A stretch of 36,575 nucleotides of DNA from a virus. Its lineage: Duplodnaviria > Caudoviricetes. Below the pieces are notes generated by a model. That model ran no database searches, was not told the origin of the DNA, and saw nothing but the letters and a program-made list of their open reading frames with translations. The stretch lies in IMG/VR virus record IMGVR_UViG_3300038321_000208, positions 1 to 36,575 of that record; one strand, written 5' to 3'. This document shows positions 1 through 6,404 of the stretch, in pieces; within the stretch, counting starts at the first letter, position 1, and each line of letters begins with the position of its first letter. A program made the position numbers and the translations under genes.

Positions 1-301
1 CATCGAATATGCTCTGTCTTTTTACTCTTTTTTCAAAGCTCTATTCTCTGCACCCCAACATTTATTATAGAGCCTTCATTTTTAAGTAGGCGTTTTGGTA
101 GGCGTTGTAGGCGCTTGATTTTATGGTACACATAAAATCCCCCGCCAGCCTCAGCCAGCGGGGAAAATCGTATTAATTTTTAATCAACAAACAGGCTATC
201 TTCCATTTTTCTGATTTTTGTTCTGACGTTGTCAACATTTACAGTAATTCTGTCCCCTCCTTTTGGGATTGCTTCACGCGGAATATTAACAAATTTTTTT
301 T

Positions 302-327
302 GAACTCCCGGCACAGCCGGGAGTTTT
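302..327. terminator. Intrinsic terminator-like hairpin
   Basis: AACTCCCGGC-ACA-GCCGGGAGTT inverted repeat with flanking T runs. Confidence 0.55.
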
Positions 328-476
328 CGTTCTACAATAAAAGAGAGCTAACTGATCGGTTAAAATCAGTTAGCTCTTTTTATGAATCTTGGAATCAGTG
401 TTGCCAAAACGTTGCCATCGGGAACCTTGATAAAACGCCGACCCGCATAACTACTGGGTTCAATGGCCTTTTTAAA

Positions 477-491
477 TCATTCCCACTCGAC
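477..491 (-). other. Putative prophage att site (duplicated 3' end of guaA)
   Basis: Minus strand reads GTC GAG TGG GAA TGA (V-E-W-E-stop), resembling the conserved GuaA C-terminus (..IEWE*), with no guaA body upstream. It lies just beyond the last prophage gene, next to a TGTATCACG direct repeat (591-610). Confidence 0.6.
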
Positions 492-628
492 ATAACATGG
501 GCACATTTACATTTGTATAGTCCAACTATACCCGGATTTCATCTGTACTTTTCATATTTTGCGTATTGTTTTCTGGCTTCAATCCGGGAATGTATCACGA
601 CTGTATCACGGCCCTATATTCCCCCTGC

Positions 629-877
629 TCACTCCTTTCCCTTATCGCCTAACCGCGTTTTAGCTGTTTTAATCTTGTTCGGAACGTACTCTATTATTTC
701 TGATAAATCGCAGTTCAGCGCCTCACAAATCTTGCTTAATTGGTCAAGGCTTACCCTATCGGTCACTTCATTATAGAGTGCGTTGATGGTGGCCGCCCGG
801 ATGCCGGTGGCACGCGCGAGGTCGGCCTGTGTCCAGCGAAGCTCGCCCAGCTTGCGGGACAGTAAAATTTTAATCAT
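629..877 (-). CDS. XRE/Cro-C1 family HTH transcriptional regulator
   Basis: 82 aa; HTH signature TQADLARATGIRAATINALY followed by LSKICEALNCDLSEII; GAAGGAG RBS. Confidence 0.88.
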   Translation of the reverse strand: MIKILLSRKLGELRWTQADLARATGIRAATINALYNEVTDRVSLDQLSKICEALNCDLSEIIEYVPNKIKTAKTRLGDKGKE

Positions 878-878
878 G

Positions 879-962
879 ATGCTCTTACTCCTTCGAGTAA
901 GAGCATATAAAAAGATCGATATAAAAATCTCGTTTTCGGAAGATTATTACCGATATGGTAAT
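879..962 (-). promoter_or_regulatory. XRE gene promoter/operator region
   Basis: ATTAC-N7-GTAAT palindrome (946-962), GATATAAAAATCTCG block (918-932), -10-like TATGCT (902-907), and a 12-bp perfect inverted repeat (879-906) over the RBS. The same layout recurs upstream of avd. Confidence 0.6.
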
Positions 963-972
963 CTGTTCAGGC

Positions 973-1407
973 TTATACCTTCCTCTGAACGGGAGGCGTC
1001 TGGCCGTGCGGCAAATTGAGGTAGTCGAGCAGGGCTGTTTCCAAAATACGTGAATAGTTCACTCCCTTTTGCTCGGCAGCTTCTTTGAGCCATGCCGGCA
1101 AGGTGATATTTGTCTTTACTCGCCTATTGTCCATTTCGTCCCGCACCATATCCGGGTACACGGTGACAGGCGAAACAAAATAACCGGATGCTGTATCAGG
1201 ATCGACCGTTGGCACTTTCGACGGCGCCGGAATCGGATCTCCATCCTGCTCCATACCATAAATGTGCAGACCCAGTGCGTCAGCGGCTTCCCGCTGAGCT
1301 TCTTCAAAGGTTTTTCCATAGCTGATGCACCCGGGGAGATCCGGAAAATAGACACCGTATCCGTCCTTGCTGGGCTCAAAAACAGCCAGATATGATAATT
1401 TACGCAT
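973..1407 (-). CDS. hicB: HicB family antitoxin
   Basis: YLAVFEP..GYGVYFPDLPGCISYGKTFEEA N-domain and C-terminal RHH-like KTNITLPAWL..A...GVNYS. The second ATG (1407) has the better RBS spacing. Confidence 0.92.
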   Translation of the reverse strand: MRKLSYLAVFEPSKDGYGVYFPDLPGCISYGKTFEEAQREAADALGLHIYGMEQDGDPIPAPSKVPTVDPDTASGYFVSPVTVYPDMVRDEMDNRRVKTNITLPAWLKEAAEQKGVNYSRILETALLDYLNLPHGQTPPVQRKV

Positions 1408-1440
1408 CCACATAACCTCCTTCTCGCCGCAGGCGGGGCT

Positions 1441-1629
1441 TTATTTAAGCCCTGCCTGTTTTTTTATGCTGCGTAACGTGCCGAGGGGAAGATCGCCTGA
1501 ATGGCTCGGGACGGTGACTTTGCCGGGTTTCGTCGGATGCTTCAGCTGTATGTGCGAGCCCTTCGTTCTGCCCCGCACTTCCTGCCAACCGTCGTTGTGA
1601 AGTATCTTCAGAACTTCCCGAACTGTCAT
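1441..1629 (-). CDS. hicA: HicA family toxin (RNase)
   Basis: 62 aa with GW.EVR..KGSH.QLKHP.KPGKVTVP.H..DLP.GTL.SI.KQAGL; directly upstream of hicB. Confidence 0.95.
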   Translation of the reverse strand: MTVREVLKILHNDGWQEVRGRTKGSHIQLKHPTKPGKVTVPSHSGDLPLGTLRSIKKQAGLK

Positions 1630-1654
1630 TGTCCTTCCCTTCCTTTCAAAATAT

Positions 1655-1708
1655 ATTATACGCCTATTTTATACGCATGTCAACGATTTGTACGTATTTT
1701 TTATACGC
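1655..1708 (-). promoter_or_regulatory. hicAB sigma-A promoter with operator-like repeats
   Basis: TTGACA (1678-1683)-17 nt-TATAAT (1655-1660) on the minus strand; TRTACGY repeats at 1657, 1670, 1689 and 1702. Confidence 0.8.
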
Positions 1709-1918
1709 CTATATTTTCGTCCCGTCTGCAAAATCGAAGGAAGCGGTGTAAACAGCCCCGAGGGTTTTCGCGATCCTTTCCAATTCAGCGGTCGAGAATT
1801 TGTCCGTCTTCATCCGCTGATTGAACGCAGAGGGTGACGTTCCTATCTGGCGCGCAAGCTCGGCCTCGCTCATATTTTTATATGCTAATGCCATTCGTAT
1901 TCTTTGTGCGTTTGTCAC
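1709..1918 (-). CDS. Small XRE family HTH regulator
   Basis: IRMALAYKNMSEAELARQIGTSPSAFNQRM..DKFSTAELERIA; probable GTG start at 1918 after GGAGG. Confidence 0.82.
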   Translation of the reverse strand: MTNAQRIRMALAYKNMSEAELARQIGTSPSAFNQRMKTDKFSTAELERIAKTLGAVYTASFDFADGTKI

Positions 1919-1937
1919 ATTATCGCCTCCTGCCATC

Positions 1938-2035
1938 AGTATACAGGATATTCTATACGTTGTCAAATATTTTTGAAAATTATTTAGAAAAATCTTTAGA
2001 AATTGCTTGACATTGTCAAGGAAATCCTTTATAAT
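1938..2035. promoter_or_regulatory. Divergent sigma-A promoters
   Basis: Minus: TTGACA (1961-1966)-17-TATACT (1938-1943). Plus: TTGACA (2007-2012)-17-TATAAT (2030-2035). Palindrome CTTGACA-T-TGTCAAG (2006-2020) covers the plus-strand -35. Confidence 0.82.
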
Positions 2036-2064
2036 ATACTCATAGAAAAGAAAAAGGAGCGATG

Positions 2065-2214
2065 ATGATGTACGACTTCTGGAAAAGGTTTTTTAGCGAG
2101 AAACGTGCCGAAAAATTTGCCGCAGAGCTTGAATCTGCAGGTCACAATCCGGAGTTTTCATCCGAGCGTGACCACGTAAATAGATGCACCGTCTGGTCTG
2201 TACGTTGGAATTAA
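2065..2214 (+). CDS. Small hypothetical protein (~49 aa), not in ORF track
   Basis: AAGGAG RBS (2054-2059), then ATG ATG TAC GAC... open to TAA 2212-2214 (MMYDFWKRFFSEKRAEKFAAELES...VRWN); first gene after the consensus promoter. Exact start among three tandem ATGs is uncertain. Confidence 0.65.
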   Translation: MMYDFWKRFFSEKRAEKFAAELESAGHNPEFSSERDHVNRCTVWSVRWN

Positions 2215-2272
2215 AAAACGTAATCGGTACACCGAGCCGGGCGGTTAATCCCGGCAGAGAGGATGGACGAAT

Positions 2273-2635
2273 ATGACAAACACAAACTTTGAAGGTAATG
2301 AGTTCGCGTTGCAGGTAATCACAAAGGGGGCGTTCGTAGATAATAGCGTTGGAGATAGTTCGTTCCTTGTGGAGGTCACCACGATTCGCCTGAATCCTGC
2401 CGCGATGAATGCGTGGATTCTTTCGGATATGATGGACGTGCGGGAATGCTTTGAAAGTGGCCCTGCGGGCGACGCCCAGTGGGAGGCTCACAAAGTCGAG
2501 TATGCCGAGCGGCGTAGAGTCTGGAACGCTCAGGTGGTCGAAATCTTGGACATTGATCCCAATGCGGGGAGCGTCTGCATCACGCAGGCACAGACAGAAG
2601 TCTTCACGGTGGTTTTTATTCGGGAAATCGTCTAA
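2273..2635 (+). CDS. Hypothetical protein
   Basis: 120 aa ORF with AGAGAGG RBS in the small-gene operon. Confidence 0.6.
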   Translation: MTNTNFEGNEFALQVITKGAFVDNSVGDSSFLVEVTTIRLNPAAMNAWILSDMMDVRECFESGPAGDAQWEAHKVEYAERRRVWNAQVVEILDIDPNAGSVCITQAQTEVFTVVFIREIV

Positions 2636-2690
2636 GGTCAAAAAACAAACCGCCCGCCCCGGAGGTCACGAAGGCAGAAAGGAAAACGGT

Positions 2691-3035
2691 ATGGATAACG
2701 GACTCGGTACGCTTACCTCAAACGTTTGCGAATTTCTCAGCGGCGGGGCGTTCGCAGCCCCGACAGTAGGCTCCGGGGCGACGCTGGTTATGTGGTCGGA
2801 TACCCACGCTTATACGGTTTCCAGAGTGAGCGCCAGCGGAAAGAGCTTCTGGATGAAACGGGACAATGCGGAGCGCGTCGATCACAACGGCATGAGCGAC
2901 AGCCAGGATTATAGGTACACCCCGCAACCGGACGCGCCTGAGGAACACGTAAGGATGACGAAGCGGGGCTGGATGTGCCGCGGGCAGCTCGTCCGCGTCG
3001 GCTATCGCCGCGAGTATTACGATTATACATTCTGA
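2691..3035 (+). CDS. Hypothetical phage protein
   Basis: MDNGLG... start after GAAAGGA RBS; VGSGAT..WSD.HAYTV..VS...RREYYDYTF pattern recalled from small phage proteins. Confidence 0.7.
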   Translation: MDNGLGTLTSNVCEFLSGGAFAAPTVGSGATLVMWSDTHAYTVSRVSASGKSFWMKRDNAERVDHNGMSDSQDYRYTPQPDAPEEHVRMTKRGWMCRGQLVRVGYRREYYDYTF

Positions 3036-3082
3036 CAATGTGCGGACCGTGCCGGGCAGTTCCCGGCAGAGAGGGTACTATC

Positions 3083-3211
3083 ATGACTCTTGAACAAAAG
3101 CGCATCGACCGGCTCTATATCCTACTCCACCAGATCGAGCACAAAGACCCGGATACGGCGGCGGTGCTCCGCTGGGCAATATTTGAGTTGGAACGCGTTT
3201 ACCCCGCCTGA
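3083..3211 (+). CDS. Small hypothetical protein (42 aa)
   Basis: MTLEQKRIDRLY... after GAGAGGG RBS; its stop codon lies inside the hammerhead core. Confidence 0.6.
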   Translation: MTLEQKRIDRLYILLHQIEHKDPDTAAVLRWAIFELERVYPA

Positions 3212-3271
3212 TGATGGCCCGGAGGGACCGGGCCGAAACGTCCGCGCAGCCAGCGCGGGGAGCGTCGCGGG
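3203..3271 (+). ncRNA. Type I hammerhead ribozyme
   Basis: Stem I CCCGC/GCGGG; core CTGATGA (3208-3214) plus an extra T; stem II GGCCCGG/CCGGGCC; GAAAC; stem III ACGT/GCGT with a CCGCGC/GCGCGG extension; GTC cleavage triplet at 3264-3266. Confidence 0.8.
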
Positions 3272-3364
3272 AACCTGCCGGCTCAGGGGATCATATGCCG
3301 CCCCTTTTATCGTATAAATCGTTCCTTGAAAAGAGAACAACATTAAAATTCGGGAGGTACTATC

Positions 3365-3577
3365 ATGGAAAAATTGACCTTAACCCACATAGGCCGCGAC
3401 AGCTGGGGCCGGCCGGTCTATAAATGCGGTGAACACCTTTATGTTGACGTTGATCCGCGCAAGGACCGGAGCCCTGAAATTTGCACCAAGCAAGGTAATG
3501 AATTCGACGGGGAGCCGCTCTCCCCTATTGCCGACAATACGAAAGTGGAATTTGTCCCATGCCGGGATACATGGTAG
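3365..3577 (+). CDS. Hypothetical protein
   Basis: 70 aa, GGGAGG RBS, G.DSW.RPVY...FDGEP pattern. Confidence 0.7.
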   Translation: MEKLTLTHIGRDSWGRPVYKCGEHLYVDVDPRKDRSPEICTKQGNEFDGEPLSPIADNTKVEFVPCRDTW

Positions 3578-3583
3578 GAAGGC

Positions 3584-3630
3584 AAAAAAAATAAGCCCTC
3601 CCAGCTGCAAAGCAGCCGAGAGAGCTTATT
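3584..3630. terminator. Terminator-like hairpin between convergent genes
   Basis: AATAAGC..CTC...GAG..GCTTATT imperfect inverted repeat next to an A8 tract. Confidence 0.55.
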
Positions 3631-3647
3631 GATTTTATGTAGGGGGA

Positions 3648-4211
3648 CTATTGCGCGTCCGTGGTGCCGGGCGCGACCGCCCCGCTTTCAGTCTGTGTGG
3701 GCGCCTGAGCGGCCGTATCTACCTGCGCAGTAGTAGTGCTGCCGGCATCGTTATCGCTTCCCTGTGTTACGCTGGACAAAGCTGAATTCTGCTTCACTGA
3801 GGCGGCCTCGACCGCTCCGGTGGACGCTCCTTCTGGGAGCTCTGAGTTAATCGTACCTATTACCGGTGCTCTGTCCGGCGTTGTCGCCGTGTTCCCTGCG
3901 GATGTACTTCCGCCCGTTCCGGTCGCGGATTCAATTGCCGTGATCGTCGATTTCACGCTGTCATAGGCACCGTTGGACGAAAACGCCACAATCACGGCGT
4001 TGAAGAAAAGCATCACGCCGGTCGAAGCGTTCAAACCACCCGTGAAATAGGTCGCCAGAAACAGAATGATGAGGGCAACGCCGTAGCTGACGGCCTGACT
4101 GTTCAATTTGGAAAACAAAGAGAACTTTTTCAAAAACTGAACAATATAGGCTGTTGCCGCTGTCGCTCCAGCTATGGTTGCAAGAGTCTCCCATGTAAAA
4201 AACGCTGACAT
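3648..4211 (-). CDS. Holin-like membrane protein with low-complexity C-terminal tail
   Basis: Three hydrophobic N-terminal segments (FFTWETLATIAGA...NAVIVAFSSNGAYD); A/T/S/G-rich tail; located in the lysis module. Confidence 0.65.
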   Translation of the reverse strand: MSAFFTWETLATIAGATAATAYIVQFLKKFSLFSKLNSQAVSYGVALIILFLATYFTGGLNASTGVMLFFNAVIVAFSSNGAYDSVKSTITAIESATGTGGSTSAGNTATTPDRAPVIGTINSELPEGASTGAVEAASVKQNSALSSVTQGSDNDAGSTTTAQVDTAAQAPTQTESGAVAPGTTDAQ

Positions 4212-4244
4212 ATGTGCCTTCTTTCCTGCCCTGCGAAGGGCAAA

Positions 4245-4457
4245 TCAATTCGAGGCGTGGTTCACGATCTCATACTCGCCCTCGGCGAACTGGATCGAAT
4301 CGGCCCCACAGGCCGTTTTGTAGGTGCCGGTGTAGAGTATTTTGCCGTCCAGCACCTGGATGGACTCGACGTTCACCGTCGCACCATCCCCGACGCATCC
4401 GGAGTCCACGCCTGTTTTGTGGACCGTCACCGAGTCGCCGATGTTCAACCGATTCAT
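4245..4457 (-). CDS. Hypothetical protein
   Basis: 70 aa with a good RBS, in operon order. Confidence 0.55.
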   Translation of the reverse strand: MNRLNIGDSVTVHKTGVDSGCVGDGATVNVESIQVLDGKILYTGTYKTACGADSIQFAEGEYEIVNHASN

Positions 4458-4479
4458 AGGAACCCCCTTCCTGCCGGGT

Positions 4480-4905
4480 CTACCCGGCCATGTTATGATT
4501 CACGCCCTCTGCGGGCATATCTTCCGCTGACGGTGCCGATGATGGATCCGCATAGGTTGCAGGCTGGGCCTGTTCCGTCATGGCCTGCATCTGCTTTTCG
4601 GATTCATAGGCGCTGATCGCGTTCTGGACCCCGGCCGCCGGGTCGCCGCTGCTCAGACCGGAAGCAATACCAGCGACCAGAGGTGTCGCCCATTTTGAGT
4701 GCTCAAACCCGGCCTTCCCTGCGTACTGCACACTGTTTGCCACGACGACCATCGCCGCGCAATTCATCATGCCCACAGCGTTTTCAAGGCCGCGAAACCA
4801 TCCGATCATTACCACGATAATGAAGGCCGCACAGCCGAGGTAAACAAGCGTGGTGACGATCTTGTGGGTGCTGGTGTTCTTCAGCCAGCCATGGAACCAT
4901 TTCAT
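4480..4905 (-). CDS. Putative membrane protein (holin-like)
   Basis: MKWFHGWL start overlaps the endolysin stop (ATGA); two hydrophobic segments. Confidence 0.6.
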   Translation of the reverse strand: MKWFHGWLKNTSTHKIVTTLVYLGCAAFIIVVMIGWFRGLENAVGMMNCAAMVVVANSVQYAGKAGFEHSKWATPLVAGIASGLSSGDPAAGVQNAISAYESEKQMQAMTEQAQPATYADPSSAPSAEDMPAEGVNHNMAG

Positions 4906-5894
4906 ACGACCGTCCCCACGCATACCCGAGTGCTGCCGCAGTAGAATCCAGCGGATCCTCTGCCGACCGCTTTGAATGTGGTGAGCAGAAACCTCCCGAA
5001 CTTTTCGGCCGGTTTGGTCTGCCTAAACACTGAACCTGTGCCGCAAACAACAGGAAAATCTGTCTTGAAGCAGTACGTTTCTCCGAGTTTTTTCACAAAT
5101 GGTCTTGTTGTATCGCTGTAAGGCCGCTTGACGGCAGCAATGCAGACGCGCTTGCCGTTGGCGTAAAAGCCAACGCCGGACGTCAGCGTGGCTGCTTTGA
5201 ACTTTGTGTAGTGGTACCCATCTTGGCCAATGACGGCGGAGAGCCGTGTGAATGCGCTGCTCGCGCAGGTGATAGGCGAGCCGGTTTTGAACTGATATTC
5301 CTGGCCAGGGCAAACCGTCAGTGAGCCGGTATCGCAGAAATTTGGATCCACTTTCGGCGCACCGATCATCGTACCGTAAGACGGCAAGGCGAACGGTCTC
5401 CCTGCTATGCAGTTGGAAACAGCCGTCTTAAATGCCGCCCACGCGTCCGGATGGTCGACATAATATTTTGGGCAGTGCTTGCCCGTCACGTCGTAATGGC
5501 GGATGATGCCTCCGCTCAGCGGATTCAGGCCATACCGCTTGCATATCTGCGCGGCGAGCTTCACCAGCGAAGTTTCCGCCGCCTGCGAGAACTTCCCGGT
5601 AGTGTCGGCGTGACACGTTTCGATCGAGATCGTGTCCTTGTTCCGCTGGTTCGTGCAGTATGACCACTCGGACTCGGGGATCAGTTGAATCACTTCTCCC
5701 TGCATCCCTACGGCATAGTGACACGATGCATATCGTTTGGCCCGGATGCAGGTGCCGTTGAAATAATCCCGCATGTTCTGGGCGCTGGCGCCCGGATCAC
5801 CGGCATAATGTACGGCGACGGCGTTGACCTTCCGCATCCTGATCTGCGGCCGAGTGTACTCGTTAGGAGTAATGAATTCCTGCTTAATGTTCAT
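4902..5894 (-). CDS. Endolysin, N-acetylmuramoyl-L-alanine amidase (Amidase_2) with two C-terminal repeats
   Basis: VAVHY, ASCHY.VG..GEVIQLIP, ISIETC and IIRHYDVTGK.CP motifs. Confidence 0.92.
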   Translation of the reverse strand: MNIKQEFITPNEYTRPQIRMRKVNAVAVHYAGDPGASAQNMRDYFNGTCIRAKRYASCHYAVGMQGEVIQLIPESEWSYCTNQRNKDTISIETCHADTTGKFSQAAETSLVKLAAQICKRYGLNPLSGGIIRHYDVTGKHCPKYYVDHPDAWAAFKTAVSNCIAGRPFALPSYGTMIGAPKVDPNFCDTGSLTVCPGQEYQFKTGSPITCASSAFTRLSAVIGQDGYHYTKFKAATLTSGVGFYANGKRVCIAAVKRPYSDTTRPFVKKLGETYCFKTDFPVVCGTGSVFRQTKPAEKFGRFLLTTFKAVGRGSAGFYCGSTRVCVGTVV

Positions 5895-5909
5895 AAGAAT
5901 TCTCCTTTC

Positions 5910-6224
5910 TTAATCCCCGTGGTTCCTTTCAGCATTCTGTTGCAGAAGATAGGCATTTAGCTCATCTGTGAACCCTTGGTAATAGGTGAATGCCTTCTCC
6001 ATTTTTCCGTCCGGTTCCCCACCCTTTTGAGCGATCGCGGTTGCCTCCGAAAGATGCCCTATCGCCTGCAACCCGCGAAAAATCAGGATGCTTTCCTTTT
6101 TGCGTGATTCTTCGCGGGTGTCTTCTTTCCGGTCCATTTTATTGATCTTCTTCAGCACTAACCCGCCAATGACTGTTCCCATCCCTAAGGCGCTGATTAC
6201 GATTGTTATGATCTGTGCTACCAT
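5910..6224 (-). CDS. Phage membrane protein upstream of endolysin (holin-like)
   Basis: Single N-terminal TM helix followed by a charged helical region; typical position. Confidence 0.65.
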   Translation of the reverse strand: MVAQIITIVISALGMGTVIGGLVLKKINKMDRKEDTREESRKKESILIFRGLQAIGHLSEATAIAQKGGEPDGKMEKAFTYYQGFTDELNAYLLQQNAERNHGD

Positions 6225-6332
6225 CCATGAACACCTGCTTTTGAATAATTTATCCGCTCCAATTTGAGCGAATGCACAGTCCCGTTATTTGTCCTTAGGC
6301 CAAAAAAATTGACGTGATTCTCTCACCCCCAA

Positions 6333-6404
6333 AAATAAAAAAAGCCCTCGTGTGAGGACCTTGCAATTATATAAAAAAGAGAGCGGCTATTCGTCGCTCT
6401 CTTT
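6333..6404 (-). terminator. Two tandem intrinsic terminators after the DGR RT
   Basis: AAAGAGAGCGAC-GAATA-GCCGCTCTCTTTTTT (6373-6404, overlapping the RT stop) and GGTCCTC-ACAC-GAGGGCTTTTTTT (~6337-6360). Confidence 0.7.

Noticed and set aside
300-776. 158-aa plus-strand ORF
   Set aside because: TTG start without RBS, overlaps the XRE gene antisense, crosses the att candidate, and has no recognisable motif.
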